Source of the DNA: Candidatus Nanoclepta minutus
Lineage (GTDB): Archaea > Nanobdellota > Nanobdellia > Nanobdellales > Nanobdellaceae
Assembly (NCBI GenBank): GCA_003568775.1
Contig: MWMI01000002.1
Location: 60,001 to 92,000 of the forward strand
Reading direction: 5' to 3'
DNA length: 32,000 nucleotides
Under the pieces are notes generated by a model that saw nothing but the letters and a program-made list of their open reading frames with translations, ran no database searches and was not told the DNA's origin. This document shows positions 9,263-17,236 of this stretch, piece by piece. The stretch's first letter is position 1. Each line of letters starts with the position of its first letter. The position numbers and the translations under genes are program-made.

Positions 9263-9338
9263 AGCCGCGGCGGGGATTCGAACCCCGGATATAAGAGGGT
9301 CTGCAGCCCTCCCCCTTAGGCCGCTCGGGCACCGCGGC
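9263..9338 (-). tRNA. tRNA-Cys (anticodon GCA), atypical body
   Basis: The reverse complement folds as GCCGCGG-UG-CCCG-AGCGGCCUA-AGGG-G-GAGGG-CUGCAGA-CCCUC-UUAUAUC-CGGGG-UUCGAAU-CCCCG-CCGCGGC-U. Discriminator U73 fits Cys identity. The 7-nt AU-rich variable region and the class-II-like D arm are unusual. Confidence 0.8.
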
Positions 9339-9370
9339 ATATATTAAATTTTTTTACATAAAAATATATA
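9339..9370. promoter_or_regulatory. 32-bp bidirectional promoter spacer between the tRNA-Cys 5' end and the ATG of ORF 9371
   Basis: The sequence is ATATATTAAATTTTTTTACATAAAAATATATA. TATA-like runs sit at both ends: ATATATTAAAT at -32..-22 of the ATG, and TATATATTTTTA at -32..-21 of tRNA position 1 on the other strand. Confidence 0.45.
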
Positions 9371-9964
9371 ATGGTTGAAAGGGATCACTTTTACACTTTC
9401 TGTATAATAAATAAGGATCTCGTAAAGAAATCAGAAGTTTCAAACTTCCTATTGTTCATGGAATTCTTAGAAAAAACTCTATCGGAATTCCCAAGGATTC
9501 AAGAAGAAGACTTTGAGTTAATAAAGTATTTACTATCAAACTTATATCTAATATTTGCAAATCAAAAGTTTGGGGAAGATTTCTTGAAATATGTTGTATA
9601 TTTAGAAGAAAAGGCAAAAAAATTGGAGGAGGAAGGCAAAAAAATTGTAAAAGACTTTATAGATTTTTCTTCAATAGAAGATCAAACAATAAAAGAATTA
9701 AATAATTTGAGGATAAATGCAAGAATATTGGAGAACCTTTTTTGGAATGCTGCAAGAGAGATTAATAGGAAAGAAGGGATAATCCTAGTTATCCCACAAT
9801 TCCTGAACGTTTTATCTAAATTCGTTTTCTGGTACATCGCAGTAAATTTCAAAGATAAAATAAAATATATAAGGAGGGACTTTAAAGAAGTTAAGTTTAA
9901 TGAAGAACTATACAAAAAGTACTTAGAAACTTATAAGAAAGTTACTCTAGATGATTATCTATGA
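9371..9964 (+). CDS. Hypothetical protein (predicted all-helical), translationally coupled to the methylthiotransferase gene
   Basis: 197 aa ORF. Its stop overlaps the next ATG (ATGA at 9961-9964). No recognisable motifs. Confidence 0.5.
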   Translation: MVERDHFYTFCIINKDLVKKSEVSNFLLFMEFLEKTLSEFPRIQEEDFELIKYLLSNLYLIFANQKFGEDFLKYVVYLEEKAKKLEEEGKKIVKDFIDFSSIEDQTIKELNNLRINARILENLFWNAAREINRKEGIILVIPQFLNVLSKFVFWYIAVNFKDKIKYIRRDFKEVKFNEELYKKYLETYKKVTLDDYL

Positions 9965-11265
9965 AATTTCATATAATAACCATAGGTTGCATATTGAATA
10001 GATCTGAATCTCAAAGAATGAGATATTTACTTGAAAGAGAAGGACATGAATATACTGATAACCCTGAAGAGGCAGATATATTGATTATAAATACCTGTAC
10101 TGTTAAAACACCATCCGAAAACAAAACTTATAGATTATTGAGGGATTATAAAGACAAAAAAATAATATTAACTGGCTGTTTGATTCAACATCAACCAGAA
10201 AAGTTTGAAAGTTATCCTTTAGTCGGAATTTATGAGATAGATAAAATCGTAGATGCAGTTAAAAACCTATTAAGTGGAAAAATTGTAAAATACTTGGAAA
10301 TAAAGAGAATCAACAAATTGAGCATTCCATCCATCGATAAATATCCGATTAAGATTATTCCAATTCAAGAGGGTTGTTTATGGAACTGTGCCTATTGTGC
10401 AACAAAACTGGCAAGAAGTTTATTACAAAGCTTCCCACCAAGAGATATATATTTAGAGATTCGAGATGCTGTAAAGAAAAACTTAAGGATGATATATTTT
10501 ACTGGAACAGATCTAGCTGCTTATGGAATAGATTTAGGGATAAACTTGGCAGATTTATTATATAGAGTAAGAGAGATAGCTGGAGATTTTTATATAAGGG
10601 TTGGTATGGCAAATCCCGGAATAATAAATAAGTTCATAGAAAAGCTATTAGATTCCTATGATCATCCAAGGATACTCAAGTTCTTCCATATCCCAGTACA
10701 ATCTGGATCTAATAGAGTTTTGAAAAGCATGGGGAGGGGATATACTATCGAAGAGTTCTACGAATTAGTTAAAAAAATTAGAAAGAGATATTATGAAGCT
10801 AGCCTAGCAACCGATATAATAGTTGGATATCCTACCGAAACTGAAGAAGATTTTAAGAAAACATTAGAAATGATAGAAGAAATTAAGTTTGATGTAATAA
10901 ATTTGTCTAAGTTTTGGCCAAGACAAAAAACTCCTGCATTTTATATAAAACCTTTAAAAGGTGAAATAGTTAAGGATAGGTCCAGAACTGTTAAAAGATT
11001 ATTCGATACAACTGCAAGGGATAGGAATAAGATCTGGATAGGTTGGGAGGGATACTGTATTGTAGAGGATAGAGGAAGAGGTAATAGTTGGGTATGCAGG
11101 AACTATGCCTATAAACAAATAATAGTAAAGAACAATGAAAACCTGTTAGGAAAAATATTGAAAGTTAGGGTAGAAAATGTTACTGCTGTAGATTTAAGAG
11201 CAAAGATTATTGATAAAGTTGAGGATCCTTATCCTGGAATTTTGGAAGAAAAGAAACTATATTAA
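9961..11265 (+). CDS. Radical-SAM methylthiotransferase, MiaB/MtaB (CDKAL1-like) family
   Basis: 434 aa. N-terminal MTTase Cys triad (TIGCILN, INTCTV, LTGCL), radical-SAM motif EGCLWNCAYC and a C-terminal TRAM-like beta domain (GKILKVRVENV). Confidence 0.88.
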   Translation: MKFHIITIGCILNRSESQRMRYLLEREGHEYTDNPEEADILIINTCTVKTPSENKTYRLLRDYKDKKIILTGCLIQHQPEKFESYPLVGIYEIDKIVDAVKNLLSGKIVKYLEIKRINKLSIPSIDKYPIKIIPIQEGCLWNCAYCATKLARSLLQSFPPRDIYLEIRDAVKKNLRMIYFTGTDLAAYGIDLGINLADLLYRVREIAGDFYIRVGMANPGIINKFIEKLLDSYDHPRILKFFHIPVQSGSNRVLKSMGRGYTIEEFYELVKKIRKRYYEASLATDIIVGYPTETEEDFKKTLEMIEEIKFDVINLSKFWPRQKTPAFYIKPLKGEIVKDRSRTVKRLFDTTARDRNKIWIGWEGYCIVEDRGRGNSWVCRNYAYKQIIVKNNENLLGKILKVRVENVTAVDLRAKIIDKVEDPYPGILEEKKLY

Positions 11266-11906
11266 ATCTCAAACACTAATGGTTTCTTATGAATGAAGAA
11301 AGAAACGTTATAAACTTCTGTATTACCAAATTTATAATACCAGTTTTTTGCAAAGTGTGAATGTCCATGAAATGCTAAAATTATTTTATTTGAGTACTTC
11401 CTAACTAATTCTTCCATTTCCCTTGAATAAAGACCGAATACATAGCCCGGATCCCCCTTTATCGTTTCTAAACAAAAAGAATAGTGGGATATAAAAACAA
11501 CCTTCCCATCTATGTTGCTAAGTATATCGTTTAGTTTTCTAAGCATTAAATCCTTTTTGGGATAAATTATAGATTTCCTCCAATCTGGAAATCCAGAAGT
11601 ACCAACGAAATAAATATTACCTATTTTTAAGTATTCGTTATCCAACCATCCCATAAAACCGTATTCCTTTTTGTATTTCTCCCAATTATTTGGATGTTCG
11701 TTATTCCCAAAAACAGAAATTATCTTTATTTCACCAAATTTCTCTCTTAAGATGTAATAAAGCTTTTTTAGATAAATATGATTATCTCTATCTACAGTAT
11801 CACCAGCGAATATAAATACCTCTATATCCCCTAAACCTTTAATGGACTCCTGAAAAGCCTTCAAGTACAATGGAAGATGGAGATCCGATGTAACGGCTAT
11901 ACGCAT
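11262..11906 (-). CDS. Calcineurin-like metallophosphoesterase
   Basis: 214 aa. Motifs in canonical order: SDLHLP (DxH), FAGDTVDR (GDxxDR), FGNNEH (GNHE-like) and FHGHSH (GHxH). Confidence 0.8.
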   Translation of the reverse strand: MRIAVTSDLHLPLYLKAFQESIKGLGDIEVFIFAGDTVDRDNHIYLKKLYYILREKFGEIKIISVFGNNEHPNNWEKYKKEYGFMGWLDNEYLKIGNIYFVGTSGFPDWRKSIIYPKKDLMLRKLNDILSNIDGKVVFISHYSFCLETIKGDPGYVFGLYSREMEELVRKYSNKIILAFHGHSHFAKNWYYKFGNTEVYNVSFFIHKKPLVFEI

Positions 11907-11957
11907 ATAAGACTACCTAACTGCAAATTTTTTATATGTATATATAATATATAATAT

Positions 11958-12266
11958 ATGGCCGAGATAGAAGTAGAGATAATAAGACCTGTAAATCCTG
12001 CTGGTAGAAGCTTTATAACGAACGTCTATGGAGCCGTAGCAGCTAGAGACAGGGAGATTATAGACAAGTATAAGAGGGAGTTCACAAAAATCGTACAAAG
12101 ATTAGGATTTAAGATAGAGGAAACAATAGGTACAGGAAAGCTAATTACGGGAAAGATAGTATTGGTAGTTGATGAAAATAAGAAACCATTAAAGGCTTAT
12201 TCATTAGAAATAAGTGTTTGGAACATAGAAAAAACTTTAAAGGAGAAAATAGAGGTAGCTCTGTAA
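11958..12266 (+). CDS. Hypothetical small protein
   Basis: 102 aa ORF with non-repetitive composition (MAEIEVEIIRPVNPAGRSFITNVYGAVAARDRE...). It sits 51 bp from the divergent phosphoesterase gene. No family recognised. Confidence 0.45.
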   Translation: MAEIEVEIIRPVNPAGRSFITNVYGAVAARDREIIDKYKREFTKIVQRLGFKIEETIGTGKLITGKIVLVVDENKKPLKAYSLEISVWNIEKTLKEKIEVAL

Positions 12267-12301
12267 CCTTTTTAAATTCCTAAAATTCCTTATTATTTTT
12301 T

Positions 12302-12619
12302 ATGAAGAGTATTAAGGATATTAAGGATAAGATTTTAAAACATGATAAAAAGGTTAATGAACAAGAAATAGAGATTTTAAATAATATAAAAGGAGAAATA
12401 GAAAGATTTAAAGAGAAATTAAATGAAATAATGGATTACATAAAATATTTAGAAGACTTTAATATATATGAAATATATAAAAAGCCTAGATTAAAGGAAG
12501 AAGAAATTGAAATATTATATAACTTATATATGAAATATAGAGAACTATCCGAATCTTTTTCTAATCTTTATGAGAAGATTTTAAGGTATTATAAGACAGT
12601 AAAAAGAGAAATTATCTAA
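12302..12619 (+). CDS. Hypothetical K/E-rich coiled-coil protein
   Basis: 105 aa with heptad-like K/E/I/L composition. The 3' end overlaps the rtcA 3' end by 8 nt (convergent). Confidence 0.4.
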   Translation: MKSIKDIKDKILKHDKKVNEQEIEILNNIKGEIERFKEKLNEIMDYIKYLEDFNIYEIYKKPRLKEEEIEILYNLYMKYRELSESFSNLYEKILRYYKTVKREII

Positions 12620-13676
12620 TATAGATCCTATAACAATCGTCAATTTTTTCAATCTTCACACTCAAACTATTCAAAAACTTTTTTACTACCCAAATATTTG
12701 TATCTAGATGACCTGTAATCTCTGGTGTTATAAAGCTACCTTTTACTAAAGATAAAATAGGGATCAAGTTATCCGCTAAATTCTTATCTACAGATGCTCT
12801 CCTTTTTAATATCTCTAGAAAATTCTCTGCAGCGATTTTTCCTACAATTTCTGCTCTTAACCCTCTTCTTCCCAATAAATCTACCCCAAAGGGATATTTC
12901 TTATTAGCAACAATTGTAATAACAGCCCCTGTTGAGAGAGTATTTACATACTCTATCTTCTTCTTTATTTTAATATCCGTTAATTTACTAAAAACTGCTA
13001 AAGCTCCTTTAATCATCCTTTCACATACATTCCTACTCTTTAAATCCATCGAAGCAACTGAATATATATTAACTTCATCTATCTCCTCAAAGGATATGTC
13101 TAAGCTTCCAATAGAGCCTACATCTCTTATGAAATCCCCTATATCCTTATATTGAGAGACTGAGAACTTTGGTATAACGTTTACCTCAACCTCTCCACCA
13201 CCCTTAGGATAGAATCCCCTTCTAACTACCTTTATAGATATATCGGCAAGGATCCTATAATAGGGTAGAAGGACATATTGAAAATAATCGAGGGAAGGTG
13301 AATGTTCTACATCCGTACCTCCCCTAATCAACAACCTAACCTTTGAATCTGCGAATAGAGAAGGAAGTAAAACTGCCTGTAACAATAAGGTTATAGATCC
13401 TGCAGTACCTATATCCTCTTTATATTTACCTCCATATATCCCATTGGGCCTAAATTCTACCTCCATACTTCCAACCTTTATTTCGTTGATATATGCCCTA
13501 GTAATTTTACTTAGCATGATTATTGCATGCAAATGCTGCATCTTTAATCCTGGAGGTTTTCTATTTTTTCTTATGTTTATTATCCTTATTGGCTCTCTAA
13601 AAATTGAGGATAGGGCTATTGAAGTCCTAAGTATCTGCCCTCCTCCTTCCCCATAGCTCCCATCAATAACTATCAT
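12612..13676 (-). CDS. rtcA: RNA 3'-terminal phosphate cyclase
   Basis: 354 aa. N-terminal signature IDGSYGEGGGQILRTSIALS and overall RtcA length and organisation. Confidence 0.9.
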   Translation of the reverse strand: MIVIDGSYGEGGGQILRTSIALSSIFREPIRIINIRKNRKPPGLKMQHLHAIIMLSKITRAYINEIKVGSMEVEFRPNGIYGGKYKEDIGTAGSITLLLQAVLLPSLFADSKVRLLIRGGTDVEHSPSLDYFQYVLLPYYRILADISIKVVRRGFYPKGGGEVEVNVIPKFSVSQYKDIGDFIRDVGSIGSLDISFEEIDEVNIYSVASMDLKSRNVCERMIKGALAVFSKLTDIKIKKKIEYVNTLSTGAVITIVANKKYPFGVDLLGRRGLRAEIVGKIAAENFLEILKRRASVDKNLADNLIPILSLVKGSFITPEITGHLDTNIWVVKKFLNSLSVKIEKIDDCYRIYIR

Positions 13677-13706
13677 TAATAAACTATGTAAGTAAGATTA
13701 TATTAA
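13677..13706. promoter_or_regulatory. 30-bp bidirectional promoter spacer between the rtcA and HAD-hydrolase start codons
   Basis: The sequence is TAATAAACTATGTAAGTAAGATTATATTAA. TATA-like TAATAAAC lies at -30..-23 of ATG 13707, and TTAATATAAT at -30..-21 of the rtcA ATG on the other strand. This implies leaderless mRNAs. Confidence 0.4.
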
Positions 13707-14339
13707 ATGATAGCTATAGATTTCGATGGAACATTAGTTGATAGTTATACAATCATACCGATAATCTATAAAAAGTTCCAAGAAGACTATAAACTTCCAG
13801 AAGGATTCGTAGATGCAATGCTATGCTTTGAGGATATATGGGATTTCTTTGGAATATTCGAAAGGAAAAGATGGATAAAATACGTATTTAAAGATGGGGA
13901 AAGTCTCTGGGAAGATTATTGGAAAATTAGGGAAGAGAATCAAGTTATGCTCCCGGGGACTATAGAATTCTTAAAAAGTGTTAAGAAAGAGTATAACCTA
14001 TACCTAGTTTCTTCTGTTGATGATACGGAGGACATCAAGATTAGGAGGATAAAATCTTCAGGCCTTCAGGTATACTTCAAAGATATTATCATATATGGAA
14101 CTGAAGATTTTCCAACCATATTAGACGCTATAAAGTATTTAATGGAAGAGGAGAAAAAACTGATATATATAGATGATAAAAACACTAATATATCGAAGTT
14201 GTTAGATTTAAAGAACATTAAGCTGATTAAAAGGATATTCTACCCTCCCTTTCCTTTTAAGCTAGCCTGGAGATACCCAAATGTTGAAGTAGAATACATA
14301 ACCAATCTACTGGAAATATTGCCCTACCTTAACGTATAG
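13707..14339 (+). CDS. HAD-superfamily hydrolase/phosphatase
   Basis: 210 aa. Motif I IAIDFDGTLVDS, motif II LYLVSS and an Asp-containing motif IV (IYIDDKN). Confidence 0.75.
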   Translation: MIAIDFDGTLVDSYTIIPIIYKKFQEDYKLPEGFVDAMLCFEDIWDFFGIFERKRWIKYVFKDGESLWEDYWKIREENQVMLPGTIEFLKSVKKEYNLYLVSSVDDTEDIKIRRIKSSGLQVYFKDIIIYGTEDFPTILDAIKYLMEEEKKLIYIDDKNTNISKLLDLKNIKLIKRIFYPPFPFKLAWRYPNVEVEYITNLLEILPYLNV

Positions 14340-15034
14340 TATATTCTCTTATTATTTTTTCCTCTATTCTCTAGCTTCAATACCTTTATCCCTCCTATTT
14401 CCCTCGTATTAGATACATGAGGTCCTCCATCAGCTTGTAAATCTATTCCCTCTATCTCAACAATCCTCCACTCCCTAACATTTGGAGGTGATTTTTCCAT
14501 CAACTTTACAATACCTGGTATCTTCATCGCTTCTTCTCTACTAAGAAAATAAACCTTAACAGGAACTCCCCTTTCAATTATTTTGTTTGTTTCTATAACT
14601 GCCTCTTCCAAGATGTTCCTCCAGTTATCGGACGATAAGCTATAATCGTCTCTCGCATATTCTGGAGTTATTTCTCCACCAGTTATCAAGATATTGTATC
14701 TGTTATATAAAACTGCAGACAGAATATGGGCAGCAGTATGAAGCTTCATTAATCTATATCTTCTATCCCAATCTATCATACCTTTAACTACATCGCCTTC
14801 CCTAAACTTAGGCTCTCTATCAAGAACATGCAATGCCTCCTCACCATCCTTTATAACTTCCTTAACAAAGTATTCTTCATCATTAAAGATCAACTTACCT
14901 GTATCACAATCTACTCCACCTGTCCTCGGATGAAATATAGTCTGATCTAAAACAACTCTATTTCCCTCTACCCTAACAACCCTAGCCTCAAACTCTTTAA
15001 TATAGCTATCATACCAATACAAATACTTTGTCAT
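14324..15034 (-). CDS. alaX: AlaX-type alanyl-tRNA editing protein (Ser/Gly-tRNA-Ala deacylase, AlaX-M-like)
   Basis: 236 aa. N-terminal domain LDQTIFHPRTGG, editing-site HxxxH (HTAAHIL), and a second motif that reads LQADGGPHVSNTREIG where CGGTH is usual. Confidence 0.8.
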   Translation of the reverse strand: MTKYLYWYDSYIKEFEARVVRVEGNRVVLDQTIFHPRTGGVDCDTGKLIFNDEEYFVKEVIKDGEEALHVLDREPKFREGDVVKGMIDWDRRYRLMKLHTAAHILSAVLYNRYNILITGGEITPEYARDDYSLSSDNWRNILEEAVIETNKIIERGVPVKVYFLSREEAMKIPGIVKLMEKSPPNVREWRIVEIEGIDLQADGGPHVSNTREIGGIKVLKLENRGKNNKRIYYTLR

Positions 15035-15681
15035 TATTTAAAGAAATCTTTAATGTTTTTCTGTCTTTTGTCCCTTATTTTCCTAACGGTAAACCAGGTC
15101 TTCCTAACATAATCTTTCAGAATATCATAATGATCTTTTAAAGACTCTATAGTTCTTTCATCAGAAGGATAGCCTGAACCAAAATCTACCCCAACTTCCT
15201 CCTTTATTTTCTCTATTTCCCTATCTCTAATAACCTTAGCAACTATAGAAGCTGCAGATACTATAGGATATTTCTTATCTGCTTTTATTTCAACTATTAA
15301 CTCTGGCTTATAACTTAATCTATCGTAAATCATCTTCTTAAGCTTCTCGCTATTCCTAATAAAAGAATCTATAACTGCTCTATCTGGCCTTAATTCCTCT
15401 ATTATCTTACATGAATACTTTATCTCTAAGTAATTTAGTTTCCCCTTCTCTACATAGTAATCTATGATTGCAGGTGGAATAATGTGATAAGTTGTTCTTA
15501 CTTCCATCTTCATCAACTCTTCAAATATCTCTTCCCTCCTTTCTCTAGATAACTCCTTAGAGTCCCTAACTCCTAACTCCCTTAGAATATCCATCTCTCC
15601 CTCTTCTATCATGGCCCCTGCTATAACTAATGGCCCTATTACAGGACCCCTGCCAGCCTCATCAATCCCTAAAATCCTCAT
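15034..15681 (-). CDS. rnhB: Ribonuclease HII
   Basis: 215 aa. ILGIDEAGRGPVIGPLVIAG, RDSKEL and SAASIVAKVIRD motifs. There is a 1-nt overlap with alaX (TAATG) and a 4-nt overlap with cbf5. Confidence 0.93.
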   Translation of the reverse strand: MRILGIDEAGRGPVIGPLVIAGAMIEEGEMDILRELGVRDSKELSRERREEIFEELMKMEVRTTYHIIPPAIIDYYVEKGKLNYLEIKYSCKIIEELRPDRAVIDSFIRNSEKLKKMIYDRLSYKPELIVEIKADKKYPIVSAASIVAKVIRDREIEKIKEEVGVDFGSGYPSDERTIESLKDHYDILKDYVRKTWFTVRKIRDKRQKNIKDFFK

Positions 15682-16679
15682 TTCCAGGTTCTAGGATATA
15701 TATCTTTCTCCATTAAAACCCTATCCACATCTATAGCTATCCCCTTGTTACTTTCCATAATCTCTTTAGAGGACATCCTAGCTACACCTACCGCCACAAG
15801 CTCGTTCTTCAATGTATAGACCCCAACTATATCACCAGGTAATATATTAGAATAGAGCTTTGAAATACCAGGTACATATACGTCTGCTCCGTGTGTTATT
15901 GCACCAACTGCCGTATCTAAGACCCAGACCTTCTTTAAGTGTTCCGCAGATATCTCATAAGGTAAAAAAACTTTCCTTATATACTCTTCTTTTCCTTCAT
16001 TTTTCCAAAACCAAATAGAATCTACAACTTCCTGTAAATATACTATCGGATACTTCTCCGAATCCTCCTTTAATTCTCCAACTCTAATCCTCCTTAGTTG
16101 CTGCATGTGGGCACCGGTACCTAGCCTAACCCCTATATCATAAATCAGCTTCCTAATGTATACACCTGCCTCAGTAGCTATCTGAAGTAACCAATCCCTA
16201 CCATCGACCTCTAATACCTTAATACAGTATACTGTTTTTCTCCTAGGGACTTTCTTTACAGCAGATTTAAGGGGAGGTTTTTGAACTATTTCACCTTCAA
16301 ACTCCTTTAGAACTTTCAAAACCTTTTCTTCCTCTAAATCACCATGCAGACGCATCCAAGCAACATATTCCTTTCCAGCCAACAAAAATAACCTCAGAGC
16401 CTTCGTAGCCTTCCCAACACCGATCGGAAGTACTCCAGTAACCTTCGGATCTAATGTACCCCCATGTCCTACCTTCATACCCAATATTTCCTTTAACCAA
16501 GCTACTACTTGATGGGAAGTAGGACCTGAAGGTTTGTCTAAGTTTATAATAGAATGGGAGATATGGTATTCTATAGGTCTTCTATCAGGATAAAAACCAT
16601 ACCTTTCATCAGTCTCAGCCTCCTTTTTTACTAATATTTCGTATTCCTCCTTTTCATATGGAAACTTACAATATTCCAC
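15678..16679 (-). CDS. cbf5: H/ACA RNP pseudouridine synthase Cbf5 (TruB family)
   Basis: 333 aa. Catalytic motif GHGGTLDPKVTGVLPIGVGKATK and a C-terminal PUA domain (VWVLDTAVGAITHGADVYVPGI). Confidence 0.93.
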   Translation of the reverse strand: MEYCKFPYEKEEYEILVKKEAETDERYGFYPDRRPIEYHISHSIINLDKPSGPTSHQVVAWLKEILGMKVGHGGTLDPKVTGVLPIGVGKATKALRLFLLAGKEYVAWMRLHGDLEEEKVLKVLKEFEGEIVQKPPLKSAVKKVPRRKTVYCIKVLEVDGRDWLLQIATEAGVYIRKLIYDIGVRLGTGAHMQQLRRIRVGELKEDSEKYPIVYLQEVVDSIWFWKNEGKEEYIRKVFLPYEISAEHLKKVWVLDTAVGAITHGADVYVPGISKLYSNILPGDIVGVYTLKNELVAVGVARMSSKEIMESNKGIAIDVDRVLMEKDIYPRTWK

Positions 16680-16680
16680 A

Positions 16681-17235
16681 CTATTCCTTCTTCTCTTCTG
16701 TAGGTTTACTTTCGGAGATTCCCTTTATAGACTTCCTTAGGGGGTGATCTTCGTTTGAAATTGGTGAATAGGAGCAATAACTTATCTTATCTTCTTCATC
16801 CCTCTTCACTAGATATCCTGGAGAAGTTATTACGTTTTCTCCTACCATTATGTGACCATGGACTATCAGCTGCCTAGCCTGCTTTATTGTCCTAGCAAGC
16901 CCCTTCTTGTATACGATGGTCTGAAGCCTCCTATCTAATACATCCCTTACAGTAATACGTAATACATCGCTAAGGCTAGAACCCTCTTTAATGAAACCAT
17001 ACTTTATCAACTTTCTCATAAAAGCTTCCTCATCCTTCGATACATTGAAACCTGCTGCTTTCCTTGCATTTAAGTATCTTACATGATGTCTTATCTTTCT
17101 AGCAATTGTAAATGCCTTCCACAATTCTCTCTTATTCTTTAGACCATATTCCTTCAATAGTTCTCTTTCCTCATCGATCCTATACTTTATCCAAGGATGG
17201 GATGGACCTTCCCAAGTTTTTCTAATCCTCCACAT
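16681..17235 (-). CDS. rps4: 30S ribosomal protein S4 (uS4)
   Basis: 184 aa. S4 RNA-binding domain LDRRLQTIVYKKGLARTIKQARQLIVHGHIMVG. It lies directly downstream of S13. Confidence 0.93.
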   Translation of the reverse strand: MWRIRKTWEGPSHPWIKYRIDEERELLKEYGLKNKRELWKAFTIARKIRHHVRYLNARKAAGFNVSKDEEAFMRKLIKYGFIKEGSSLSDVLRITVRDVLDRRLQTIVYKKGLARTIKQARQLIVHGHIMVGENVITSPGYLVKRDEEDKISYCSYSPISNEDHPLRKSIKGISESKPTEEKKE

Positions 17236-17236
17236 C

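Noticed and set aside
9682-13656. Small nested or overlapping ORFs 9682-9915(-), 10374-10565(+), 11913-12098(-) and 13444-13656(+)
   Set aside because: Each lies inside or antisense to a longer and better-supported ORF: the 197-aa ORF, MtaB, the 102-aa ORF and RtcA respectively. They have no motifs and biased composition.
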